The notes beneath the pieces were generated by a model. The model was not told the DNA's origin. It worked only from the letters and a program-made list of their open reading frames with translations, and did no database searches. Source: an uncultured delta proteobacterium (lineage in GTDB: Bacteria > Desulfobacterota > Binatia > Binatales > Binataceae). From it: 64,000 nt of DNA. Below are positions 20,185 through 29,380 of the stretch, piece by piece. The stretch is taken from positions 160,001 through 224,000 of the forward strand of contig CAVQEQ010000002.1 in the NCBI GenBank assembly GCA_963711565.1, given 5' to 3'. The number at the start of each line of letters is the position of its first letter. Positions within the stretch are counted from its first letter, which is position 1. Both the position numbers and the translations under genes were made by a program.

Positions 20185-20712
20185 ATGCTGAAGCCCGGCG
20201 ATCCCGCTCCGCCATTCGATCTCGAGTGCGCCCTTGACGGACGTATCGCACGCTGCAGTCTCGCGAAAATTTCGTCCGAGCTGGTTCTGATCTTTTTCTA
20301 TCCGCGCGACTTTTCGTTCATCTGTCCGACCGAAGTCACGGGCTTCAACAAGGCGCTGAAGGATTTTAACGCCAAGGACACGACCATCGTGGCCGTCAGC
20401 ATCGACAACGTGGACAGCCATCTTCGATGGGCGCGCGAGCTTGGCGGAGTCGGTTACGCGATGCTCGCCGACCCAGGCGGCAGTCTCGCGCGCGCTTACG
20501 GCGTTTTCGACGACACTGAGAAGGTCGCGTTGCGCGCGACGTTCATCCTCGATCGCAAACGCAAGGTCGTGTACGCCGTGTCATGCCCGCTGAACGTTGG
20601 ACGCAGCGTGGTTGAGACGCTTCGCATCGTTCGTGCGCTGCGAACCGGCCAACTCTGTCCCGCCGATTGGACGCCGGGCGTCGAGTTCGGTCCAACCGAT
20701 CGCGACTTCTAG
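20185..20712 (+). CDS. 2-Cys peroxiredoxin (AhpC/TSA)
   Basis: FYPRDFSFICPTE and LCPADW. Confidence 0.9.
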   Translation: MLKPGDPAPPFDLECALDGRIARCSLAKISSELVLIFFYPRDFSFICPTEVTGFNKALKDFNAKDTTIVAVSIDNVDSHLRWARELGGVGYAMLADPGGSLARAYGVFDDTEKVALRATFILDRKRKVVYAVSCPLNVGRSVVETLRIVRALRTGQLCPADWTPGVEFGPTDRDF

Positions 20713-20719
20713 AACGCGC

Positions 20720-21445
20720 TTGGCCACAGTCGCTCCCGCGGAAAAAAGGCAGCTCTTCGAGCGGCTCTCCAGCATCCGCGAAATTGTTTTCGGCGTGCAA
20801 GACGGCGTCCTGACGACCGCCGGCGTTCTATGCGGACTGAGCGGCGCGGTTTCGCAGCACTCGCAAGTCGCGCTCGCGGCGCTGGCCTCCACCGCGGCCG
20901 GCGCCCTCTCGATGGCCGCAGGAGCCTATCTCGGAGCGCGCGCGGAAACCGAGGTGCTGCGCGCCGAGCTCGAACTCGTGCGTGCCGACGCTGCTGCGAA
21001 GCCTTACACCGTCCAGGAAGGACTGCTCGACGAGTTGTGCAAGGAAGGCCTCAGTCGCGAGGCCGGTTATCGAATCGTCCGCCTGCTCAGCACTTCGCCC
21101 AGGGCTCTTGAATCGACCGCCGAGGCCAAGATGTTCGGGTTCAGCGGCCCGACGCTCGGCAAGCCGGCGTTGGATGGAATCGTGATGGGAGTCGCATTCC
21201 TCGTCGGCGCGCTCGTCCCGCTATTGCCGTACATGTTGATTAGGGTTCCGCGCTACGACCTTGGCGGCGCGCTCGCTGCGACCGCGCTCACCTTGTTCGG
21301 CGTAGGATATTTCGAAGGATGGCTCGCTCATCGGGTCGATCGTTGGCGGTCGGGCATGCGCTTTCTTGCGATCGCGATGAGCGCGGCGGCCGCCGGTTAC
21401 GTCATCGGACTGGCGATCTCGCCACTCGGTGCAACCGCAGGCTAA
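20720..21445 (+). CDS. VIT1/CCC1 family transporter
   Basis: REIVFGVQDG, AGALSMAAGAYL, GALVPLLPY. TTG start inferred. Confidence 0.88.
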   Translation: MATVAPAEKRQLFERLSSIREIVFGVQDGVLTTAGVLCGLSGAVSQHSQVALAALASTAAGALSMAAGAYLGARAETEVLRAELELVRADAAAKPYTVQEGLLDELCKEGLSREAGYRIVRLLSTSPRALESTAEAKMFGFSGPTLGKPALDGIVMGVAFLVGALVPLLPYMLIRVPRYDLGGALAATALTLFGVGYFEGWLAHRVDRWRSGMRFLAIAMSAAAAGYVIGLAISPLGATAG

Positions 21446-21455
21446 CCTTGTTCGC

Positions 21456-21707
21456 GTGAAAATCCCCGCGTACTCATCGCTCGCCGCATTTCTGGCGCAC
21501 TATCGCGCACTGAAATCTGACGCCTCTCGCAGCGCTGACGACGCGCAGCTGTTCGCCGAAATGTCAGAGGCGATCGCGACGCTCGCAGCCGAGCTTCGCG
21601 CCGCACTCGATTCCACCGACGACACCGCCGGCGCTCGACGCCATCGCGCGCGCGCCGAACTCCAACTCCGCCGCGCGCTGGCCGCGCGCGGGATCGTCGC
21701 GGACTGA
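21456..21707 (+). CDS. Hypothetical protein
   Basis: ORF fills the gap between VIT1 and the ABC permease on the same strand. Confidence 0.55.
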   Translation: MKIPAYSSLAAFLAHYRALKSDASRSADDAQLFAEMSEAIATLAAELRAALDSTDDTAGARRHRARAELQLRRALAARGIVAD

Positions 21708-21710
21708 TCG

Positions 21711-22640
21711 ATGCTTGCTTATCTCATTCGGCGAATCGTTTTCGGCGCAGCCGTCATGATTGGAACGTCGATCATCACGTTCGCGATCGCGTTCGTCGTT
21801 CCCTCCGATCCCGCGGTCGCGATGGCCGGCGCGAAAGCCGACCCGCAAACTCTCGCTTCGATCCGGACTGAGCTGGGTCTCGACCAGCCGCTCTACATCC
21901 AGTACGCGCGCTACCTCGATCGCGCGATTCACGGCGACCTCGGCCGCTCTTACATCCGCCGTGAGAATGTGACGACGTTGATCGCCGATCGTTTTCCCGC
22001 CACTGCCTTACTCGCAGCCGCCGCGATGGCGCTGTCGCTGATTCTCGGGATTGCGATGGGCGCGATCGCTGCCGCGTATCGCGGCCGCGCCACCGACAAC
22101 GTGCTCCTCGTGATATCGCTGGCGCTCGTCTCGATCCCCGTATTCTGGCTCGGCACGATGTTGTTGATCGCGGTCGCCGCCACCATTCGCTCGTTTCCGC
22201 TTGGCGGTTACAGCGGCGCCACGAGCCTGATTCTTCCGACTCTGACCCTCGCGCTCGGCTCGGCCGGCTACTATTCACGCGTGCTTCATACCAGCCTGTG
22301 CGACGCGTTCGACCAGGACTATGTACGTACCGCGCGCGGCAAGGGTCTCTCGCGCACCCGCGTGATGCTCAAGCACGCGATGGCAAATGCGCTGCTGCCG
22401 CTCGTCACGCTCGCCGGGCTCGACTTGGCTGGTCTGCTGTCGGGCGTCGTTTTGACCGAAACAGTTTTCAATTGGCCGGGGATCGGACGGCTCGCAGCCG
22501 ACGCCGTCTTCAATCTCGACATCCCGCTGATCATGGGCACTGTTCTCTTCTCCGCGTTCCTCATCGTCGTCGTCAACCTGCTCGTTGACCTGCTTTACGC
22601 GTGGCTCGACCCGCGCATCCGGCTGGCGGAGATCGGATGA
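21711..22640 (+). CDS. Peptide/nickel ABC transporter permease (DppB/OppB-like)
   Basis: LGLDQPLYIQY, DYVRTARGKG, ETVFNWPGIG. Confidence 0.92.
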   Translation: MLAYLIRRIVFGAAVMIGTSIITFAIAFVVPSDPAVAMAGAKADPQTLASIRTELGLDQPLYIQYARYLDRAIHGDLGRSYIRRENVTTLIADRFPATALLAAAAMALSLILGIAMGAIAAAYRGRATDNVLLVISLALVSIPVFWLGTMLLIAVAATIRSFPLGGYSGATSLILPTLTLALGSAGYYSRVLHTSLCDAFDQDYVRTARGKGLSRTRVMLKHAMANALLPLVTLAGLDLAGLLSGVVLTETVFNWPGIGRLAADAVFNLDIPLIMGTVLFSAFLIVVVNLLVDLLYAWLDPRIRLAEIG

Positions 22641-23449
22641 ACATCCGCCGCTTCGTCACACTCGAAACCGTCGGCGCTGCGATGGTCACCCTGCTCGTGA
22701 TCGTCGCGGTTTTCGCACCGGTTCTCGCCCCGCACGATCCCACAATCGTCGTCGCGCCGACCTTCGGCGATCCCGGCGCGCCGTCGCTCAAATTTCTCAT
22801 GGGCACCGACGAACTGGGCCGCGACGTGCTCTCGCGGATCATCTTCGGCGCTCGAATTTCGCTCACCGTCGGCGTCGCCGCGATGGCCGTCACGATGACC
22901 ATCGGCATCGCCATCGGACTGTGCTCGGGATTCTTCGGCGGCGCAGTCGATTTTATTCTGATGCGCTTCACCGACCTGATGCTGTCTCTGCCGCCGCTGC
23001 TGCTCGCGATGGCTCTGGTAGCGGTTCTGGGGCCGAGCCTGCGCACGATCTTCATCGTTATCGGATTTGTTTCATGGACCTCGATTGCGCGCGTGGTGCG
23101 AGCGGAAACCCTGTCGATGTCCAGGCGTGATTTCGTCGTCGGAGCCCAAGCGCTGGGCGCGCCGTCACGCCGATTGATCGCGCTGCACATCCTGCCCAAC
23201 GTCTTGCCGATCATCGTCGTGATGGCCGCGCTCAGAACTTCCGACATTTTGCTGCTCGACGCTGCCCTCAGTTTTCTCGGCCTCGGCGTACCGCCGCCGA
23301 CGCCCAGTTGGGGCCGCATGATCGAAGAAGCGACGATTTACTTCCGCACCGCACCGTGGCTCGCGACCTTTCCCGGCCTCGCGATTTTTTACGCCGTCCT
23401 CGGCTTCAATCTTCTCGGCTACGGATTTCTTCGCAGGCGCTCGCAATGA
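22637..23449 (+). CDS. Peptide/nickel ABC transporter permease (DppC/OppC-like)
   Basis: GTDELGRDVLSR, LSFLGLGVPPPTPSWG. Confidence 0.92.
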   Translation: MNIRRFVTLETVGAAMVTLLVIVAVFAPVLAPHDPTIVVAPTFGDPGAPSLKFLMGTDELGRDVLSRIIFGARISLTVGVAAMAVTMTIGIAIGLCSGFFGGAVDFILMRFTDLMLSLPPLLLAMALVAVLGPSLRTIFIVIGFVSWTSIARVVRAETLSMSRRDFVVGAQALGAPSRRLIALHILPNVLPIIVVMAALRTSDILLLDAALSFLGLGVPPPTPSWGRMIEEATIYFRTAPWLATFPGLAIFYAVLGFNLLGYGFLRRRSQ

Positions 23450-25041
23450 TTCGTCGAAGAATCATGCCGGCCGCCATTGCGATCGCACTTGCCGCGGGAT
23501 GCGGTGGTGGACCGCCTGCGCTCAAGCTGCCGCCGAACGCGATGGTCCTTCGCCTTGCCAACGTCGACAACGTCCCGACGCTCGATCCAGCCGCCGGATA
23601 CGATACCGTTTCGTGGACTTTTGAGCAGGCAATTTTCGACACGCTCGTGCGCTACGGCGACGGCAACATCGAACTCGAACCCGATATCGCAACCACTTGG
23701 GAAAGCTCCCCCGATGCCACGACTTTCACCTTTCATCTTCGCGCCGATGCCCGCTTTTCCGACGGCCGATCCGTAACCAGTAATGACTTCCGCTATGGAA
23801 TCGAACGTGTGCTGAACCCCGCGACGCGCTCGCGCGGCATGGAGTACTACCGCGGTATCGTGGGCGCCGCCGACTTCGCGGCCCATCGCACGGCGCACGT
23901 CAGCGGAGTCGAGACGCCCGACAAGACGACAATCATTTTCCATTTGAGCGCGCCCGACCCCATCTTCGGACACAAACTCGCGATGCCGTTTGCGTCGGCC
24001 ATACCGCGCAACGTCGCGGAGAAGTGGGGCGACGATTTCTCGCGCCACGTCGTCGGCAGCGGCGCCTTCATGCTGCGCGATTGGATCAGCGGCCAGCGCC
24101 TCGTGCTGGTGAGGAACCCCTACTACTTCGCCAAACCACTGCCCCATCTCGACGCCATCGTCGAGTCGGTCGGCGTCAACCAGGAACTGCAATGGCTGCG
24201 CTTCGACGCGGGCCAAATCGACGCAGTAGTCGATATTCCGCCGGCTGAATTTCCCTACGTCATGAAGACTCCCGCGCTGCGCGCGTTGACCCTGGCTAAA
24301 ACCACGGTCACGACTCGCTACCTCGGCATGAATTGCCAGATGTGGCCGTTTACCGACGTTCGCGTGCGCCGCGCTCTCAGTTACGCGATCGACCGGCACA
24401 AGCTGATCGCGATATTGAACGGACGGGGCGTCGTCGCGCGCGGCGTAATGCCGCCAAACCTGCCCGGCTACGATCCCGATCTCGAGGGCTACGACTACGA
24501 TCCGGCGAAGGCGCGCGCGCTGCTCGAGGAAGCGCATCTCGCGCACGGCTTCGATTTTGAAATCTGGATGCGCGCCGACCAGACGCTCCTGATGCTCGCG
24601 CAATCGATACAACAGGATCTCGCGCCGCTCGGTATCCACGCGAAGTTGAAGCCGGTCGCGTGGGGACCTTTTCTCGAAGCGATTCGACAGCCGCGCACAG
24701 TGCAAGCGTTCATGCAGGGTTGGGAGGCTGACTTCCCCGATCCTGAAAATTTTCTTGGCGCGCTGCTCTCACGCGCGCAGTGGGGTTCCAACAACGACAG
24801 CTTCTATTCCAGTCCCGAGGTCGAACAGCTTCTGGCTGAAGCCGAGCCGATCGCCGACATGAAAAAGCGCTACGCACTCTACGATCAAGCCGAGAAAATC
24901 GTCGTAGCCGATGCGCCCTGGGTCTTCCTCTACTACCCGGTGACTTACATAATCCGCCAGCCGTGGGTGCACGACTATGTAATCAACCCGATGCGCCCGA
25001 CGCGCTTCGAGCGGGTCTGGCTCTCGCCACATCCCCAGTAG
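23446..25041 (+). CDS. ABC transporter substrate-binding lipoprotein (family 5)
   Basis: Lipobox LAAGC; TLDP; RVRRALSYAIDR; WEADFPDP. Confidence 0.92.
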   Translation: MIRRRIMPAAIAIALAAGCGGGPPALKLPPNAMVLRLANVDNVPTLDPAAGYDTVSWTFEQAIFDTLVRYGDGNIELEPDIATTWESSPDATTFTFHLRADARFSDGRSVTSNDFRYGIERVLNPATRSRGMEYYRGIVGAADFAAHRTAHVSGVETPDKTTIIFHLSAPDPIFGHKLAMPFASAIPRNVAEKWGDDFSRHVVGSGAFMLRDWISGQRLVLVRNPYYFAKPLPHLDAIVESVGVNQELQWLRFDAGQIDAVVDIPPAEFPYVMKTPALRALTLAKTTVTTRYLGMNCQMWPFTDVRVRRALSYAIDRHKLIAILNGRGVVARGVMPPNLPGYDPDLEGYDYDPAKARALLEEAHLAHGFDFEIWMRADQTLLMLAQSIQQDLAPLGIHAKLKPVAWGPFLEAIRQPRTVQAFMQGWEADFPDPENFLGALLSRAQWGSNNDSFYSSPEVEQLLAEAEPIADMKKRYALYDQAEKIVVADAPWVFLYYPVTYIIRQPWVHDYVINPMRPTRFERVWLSPHPQ

Positions 25042-25114
25042 TGTGAGAGACAACCGTGCGCCGGTTCGACTATGATCGAAATATGAGGCGCGATTCCGAG
25101 GAGGAGAGAAAACG

Positions 25115-26212
25115 ATGATCACGCAGGGCGACGATTATCCGATTCATCAGACGCCGGAGCCGGTTCAGCAGGTCTTCACCAGCGACCGCAACTTTTACGA
25201 TCGGTTTTTCTTTAACGGATACTTCCGAGAGGGCGAGCCGTACTTTGCCGTCGCGATGGGGATTTATCCGAACGTCGGCATCATCGATTGTGCATTCAGC
25301 GTCGTCGCCGGCGGCGTACAGCATTGCGTGCGTGCGTCGCGCGTGCTCGGCGCCGAGCGGATGGACACGCGAGTCGGCCCGATCTCAATCGAGATCGTGC
25401 GCCCAATGCGCTCGATGCGGCTGCGCGTCGATCATGAAGCCGTAAAGGCCGACCTGATGTTCGAGGCGCGCGCCGACGCGATCGAGGAGCCGCGCTTTTC
25501 GCGACGCGCCGGTCCGCGGCTCATCATGGACCTGACACGGTTCACGCAGCATGGTGGCTACAGCGGCAGTCTGACGGTAGCCGGCAAGACCTACGATGCC
25601 AAACCGTCGCGAGTTTGGGGTTCGCGCGATCGTTCGTGGGGCGTACGCGGAATCGGCCCGCAGGATCCCGCCGGCGTGCCGTCGCCGACTCCCGTGATGG
25701 GCCAATTTTACTGGCTGTGGTCGCCGACCAATTTCGAGGATGTCTGTACGCATTGCGACTGCAACGAAAATGCCGACGGCTCCCGCTGGCACCAGTTCGG
25801 CGCCGTCACGCGCACGGAGCTTGGCGCTCCGCTCGATCTCGCAACGGGCGTCGATTTCAACATCGACTACGCGTCGGGGACGCGACACGCGAAGAGCGCC
25901 GAGATAATTTTGCGCAGCCCGCGCGCCGGCGAGAGCCGCATCGAGCTAAAGACGCTCTACAACTTCTACATGCAGGGCATCGGCTACTTTCATCCGAAGT
26001 GGGGACACGGAATGTACGTCGGTCCCGACGCGTCAACCTACGAGTCGTTCAAAACCGCCAACGTCAACGAGCGCGATCTGATGCATCAGCACATCCAGGC
26101 GGTGTGCCAGGCGAAAATGGGTTCGCGCGAAGGGATGGGAATTCTCGAGATGGCGATCTTTGGGCCGCACGAACGCAGCGGCTTCAAGGAATTCCTCGAC
26201 ATGCATCCGTAG
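25115..26212 (+). CDS. Conserved hypothetical protein (AttH/tocopherol-cyclase-like beta fold suspected)
   Basis: DDYPIHQ, FYDRFFF, GSRDRSWG motifs; strong GAGGAGG RBS. Confidence 0.65.
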   Translation: MITQGDDYPIHQTPEPVQQVFTSDRNFYDRFFFNGYFREGEPYFAVAMGIYPNVGIIDCAFSVVAGGVQHCVRASRVLGAERMDTRVGPISIEIVRPMRSMRLRVDHEAVKADLMFEARADAIEEPRFSRRAGPRLIMDLTRFTQHGGYSGSLTVAGKTYDAKPSRVWGSRDRSWGVRGIGPQDPAGVPSPTPVMGQFYWLWSPTNFEDVCTHCDCNENADGSRWHQFGAVTRTELGAPLDLATGVDFNIDYASGTRHAKSAEIILRSPRAGESRIELKTLYNFYMQGIGYFHPKWGHGMYVGPDASTYESFKTANVNERDLMHQHIQAVCQAKMGSREGMGILEMAIFGPHERSGFKEFLDMHP

Positions 26213-26223
26213 CGGATCGAAGC

Positions 26224-26526
26224 TCAGTGCTTCAGCTTTCCGAGCATGCGTCCGACGAAGCCTTCCGATTTCTTCTCCTCAACCGGCGCGGGCTCGCGGC
26301 CTTCTTTGAGCGCCGCGAAGATTTCCTCGACTTCGCCGTCAACCGGGAATCGTCCGGTGCTCGATTTCGAGAACACCAGCCGTCCGTTCACAATCACGTC
26401 GAACTGGCCCGATTTGCCGGCGGTGATTTCCGCCTTTTCGCCGAACGTGGAGCCTAATGAAGCGGCCAGACTGGCCGCGCGTGGCTTATAGCCTCAAGCA
26501 GAGCAATAGAGAATTTCTGTAGCCAT
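26224..26526 (-). CDS. Rdx family (SelW/SelT/SelH) selenoprotein, CxxU
   Basis: MATEILYCSA-U(TGA 26494-26496)-GYKPRAASLAASLGSTFGEKAEITAGKSGQFDVIVNGRLVFSKSSTGRFPVDGEVEEIF...; hairpin GCGGCC-AGTCT-GGCCGC starts 15 nt after the UGA. Confidence 0.9.
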
Positions 26527-26561
26527 GATCGGATGGTACTCGCCGGTCTGGCGCCTTACAA
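26527..26561 (-). promoter_or_regulatory. Sigma70-like leaderless promoter for the selenoprotein gene
   Basis: TTGTAA-N17-TACCAT-N6-ATG; no Shine-Dalgarno sequence. Confidence 0.55.
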
Positions 26562-26562
26562 A

Positions 26563-27126
26563 CTATTTGCCGTTGGGGATATCGACGAATACCGCGGCGG
26601 CGACCACCGACGACCACAGCCCGTCGCGATCGCCGATCGCAGACTGCGTGACGTTGCGCGTCGTCACGATCTTGTCCGACATGCGCCACAGATCCTTGCG
26701 CTCGTCGTAGCTGAGATTCGGATCGAAATCGACGCCGAGAATTGTCGCCAGCATCATCGCCGCCAGATCCTCGGCATAGTCGCCCGCCTTCTGATCGGTT
26801 TCGCCGGTGCTGTGATGCTCCGACAGGTATCCGTATTGGGCAGGATTGCTGGGCAGCGCCACGCCCACCGACGACGCGATCAGGCGATGCGGTTCGTTGG
26901 TCGCATTGTCGCTCATCACCGCAAAAACGATCTGCCCCGGCGTCAGGTACTTGAGGCCTTCCTGCTGGCTGAGCAGTTTGCAGTTGGGCGGAAAAATCGA
27001 CTTCACCCGCACGAGGTTGAACTCGGCGATTCCCGCGGAACGCAGTGCCAGCTCGAAAGAAGTCAGCTTCTCGCGATGCCGCCCCACGCCCTTGGTAAGA
27101 AATGTCCCCTTCGGGATCGGCCCCAT
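26563..27126 (-). CDS. pdaD: Pyruvoyl-dependent arginine decarboxylase family protein
   Basis: SFELALRSAGIAEFNLVRVKSIFPP, YGYLSEHH, AEDLAA.ML. Confidence 0.85.
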   Translation of the reverse strand: MGPIPKGTFLTKGVGRHREKLTSFELALRSAGIAEFNLVRVKSIFPPNCKLLSQQEGLKYLTPGQIVFAVMSDNATNEPHRLIASSVGVALPSNPAQYGYLSEHHSTGETDQKAGDYAEDLAAMMLATILGVDFDPNLSYDERKDLWRMSDKIVTTRNVTQSAIGDRDGLWSSVVAAAVFVDIPNGK

Positions 27127-27182
27127 TTACTTTCTCTCCTCTCCGATTCCGCTTTCTTTTATACGAATCCGCCAGTCCAACG

Positions 27183-28856
27183 CTACACGGTATTCACTGG
27201 CGAGTACTCGCCGAAGACCTTGCGCATCGCGTCCGAAATTTCCCCAAGCGTGCACCACCCGCGCACCGCATCGACGATCGGCGGCATCAGATTATCCCCG
27301 TCACGCGCCGCGCCCTCTACTCGCGCGAGCGCTCTCTTTGCGATCTCCGCGTTGCGTTCCGCCCGCACGCGCGCAACGCCCGCCTTCTGTTTCTGCTCGA
27401 GCTCCGGCTTGACCCGCAGAATTTCGCCCGGCGGTTCGCCGCCTCCGGTAAATTGATTGACCCCTACGATAATTCGCTGCTTCGTTTCAATCTCGCGCTG
27501 GTAAATAAATGCGGCGTTCTGAATTTCACGCTGCATGTAGCCGCGCTCGATCGCGGCGACCGCACCGCCGAAGTCGTCGATCTTCGACAGGTACTCGACC
27601 GCCTTTTCCTCCAGCTCGGTCGTGAGCCGCTCGACGTAGTACGAACCGCCGAGCGGATCGATTGTGTCCGCCACGTCCGACTCGTGCGCGATAAGCTGCT
27701 GCGTGCGCAGCGCCAGCAACACCGACGACTCAGTGGGTAGCGCGAGCGCCTCGTCCTTGGAGTTCGTATGCAGCGATTGCGCGCCGCCCAGCACTGCGGC
27801 CAGCGCCTGCATCGTCACGCGCACGACGTTGTTGTCCACCTGCTGCGCGGTCAGCGTCGAGCCCGCGGTCTGCGCATGGAATCGCATCATCATCGAGCGT
27901 TCGTCCTTCGCTCCGAAGCGCTCCTTCATAATTTTCGCCCACAGCCGGCGCGCCGCCCGGAACTTCGCGACTTCCTCGAAGAAATTGTTGTGCACGTTGA
28001 AAAAGAACGACAGCCGGCTCGCAAACGCGTCGATTTGCAGCCCCGCTTTCAGCGCCGCATCGACGTATGCAATCCCGTCGGCAATCGTGAACGCGAGTTC
28101 CTGCGCAGCCGTCGAGCCGGCCTCGCGGATGTGGTAGCCGGAAATCGAAATGGTGTTCCAGTTCGGAACTTCCTTCGTCGCAAAACTGAAAATATCGGTG
28201 ATGATCCGCATCGAGCCACGCGGCGGATAGATATACGTGCCGCGCGCGACGTACTCCTTCAGGACGTCGTTCTGGATAGTGCCGTTGACCTTGCTCCAGC
28301 TGACGCCGCGGCGCTCCGCAACGACCAGGTACAGCGCCAACAGGATCGACGCGGTCGCGTTGATCGTCATCGAGGTCGAAATTTTGTCGAGCGGCAACTC
28401 GGCGAGCAGCACGTCCATGTCGGCGAGCGAGCAAATCGGAACGCCGACGCGTCCGACCTCGCCTTCGGCCAGCGGATGATCGGAATCGCGGCCCATCTGG
28501 GTCGGCAAGTCGAACGCGACGGAGAGCCCAGTCTGCCCCTGCTCGAAGAGATAACGGTAGCGACGGTTCGATTCCTCCGCGCTGCCGAAGCCCGCGTACT
28601 GCCGCATCGTCCACAGCCGTCCGCGATACATCGTCGGCTGAACGCCGCGCGTAAACGGATATTCGCCGGGAAAGCCGAGGTCGTTCACGAAATCGAAGTC
28701 GTTCAGGTCTTCGGGATCGTACTCGCGCTTGACATCGATACCCGAGCTGGTGACGAACTTCTCTTTGCGTTCGGGGCCGCGCTTCAGCGAAGGATTGAGT
28801 TTGCGTTCCTCCCATTTTTTGCGGGCGCTTGCGATTTTGCGGTCGTCTTCAGCCAT
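27183..28856 (-). CDS. Methylmalonyl-CoA mutase, large (catalytic) subunit
   Basis: [46 protein letters not shown]; no B12-binding DxHxxG domain. Confidence 0.93.
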   Translation of the reverse strand: MAEDDRKIASARKKWEERKLNPSLKRGPERKEKFVTSSGIDVKREYDPEDLNDFDFVNDLGFPGEYPFTRGVQPTMYRGRLWTMRQYAGFGSAEESNRRYRYLFEQGQTGLSVAFDLPTQMGRDSDHPLAEGEVGRVGVPICSLADMDVLLAELPLDKISTSMTINATASILLALYLVVAERRGVSWSKVNGTIQNDVLKEYVARGTYIYPPRGSMRIITDIFSFATKEVPNWNTISISGYHIREAGSTAAQELAFTIADGIAYVDAALKAGLQIDAFASRLSFFFNVHNNFFEEVAKFRAARRLWAKIMKERFGAKDERSMMMRFHAQTAGSTLTAQQVDNNVVRVTMQALAAVLGGAQSLHTNSKDEALALPTESSVLLALRTQQLIAHESDVADTIDPLGGSYYVERLTTELEEKAVEYLSKIDDFGGAVAAIERGYMQREIQNAAFIYQREIETKQRIIVGVNQFTGGGEPPGEILRVKPELEQKQKAGVARVRAERNAEIAKRALARVEGAARDGDNLMPPIVDAVRGWCTLGEISDAMRKVFGEYSPVNTV

Positions 28857-28860
28857 TGTC

Positions 28861-29364
28861 CTACTCGATAACGATCATCAGCTGGCCCTTCTCGACTGCC
28901 TGCCCCGCGACCACCTTCACTTCCACGACCTTGCCGGCTTTGGGCGCTTTGACTTCGTTTTCCATCTTCATCGCCTCGACGACGACGATTCCCTGCTCCG
29001 CTTTGACTTCGTCGCCAATTGCGACCAGCACGTTGACGATCCGGCCCGGCATCGCGGCTTTTATCTCGACGCGGCCGCTGACCTCGCGCCGTTTGCCGCC
29101 CGCATGCGCCGTCCGCCGGGCCGCATCGGCGACCGTCAGCCGCGTCGATCCGCTCCGCGACGCGACTACGGTTTCCTCGCCGTCGCGTGCCACGTCGAAA
29201 TCGAACGAACGATTGTTGACGATCACTGAAAAGGAGACCGGCCCGACCCTGCGCAAATCGGCTTCGAAACGATTCTCACCGAAACGAATCGCGAACGAGT
29301 CCGCAGTGAGCTCTTCAATCTCGATTTCGTGTTCGTCGCCGTCAAGAATCGCGAGGTAGCGCAT
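28861..29364 (-). CDS. Biotin carboxyl carrier protein
   Basis: EAMKMEN. Confidence 0.93.
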   Translation of the reverse strand: MRYLAILDGDEHEIEIEELTADSFAIRFGENRFEADLRRVGPVSFSVIVNNRSFDFDVARDGEETVVASRSGSTRLTVADAARRTAHAGGKRREVSGRVEIKAAMPGRIVNVLVAIGDEVKAEQGIVVVEAMKMENEVKAPKAGKVVEVKVVAGQAVEKGQLMIVIE

Positions 29365-29380
29365 CGTTTAAGAGTCCGGG

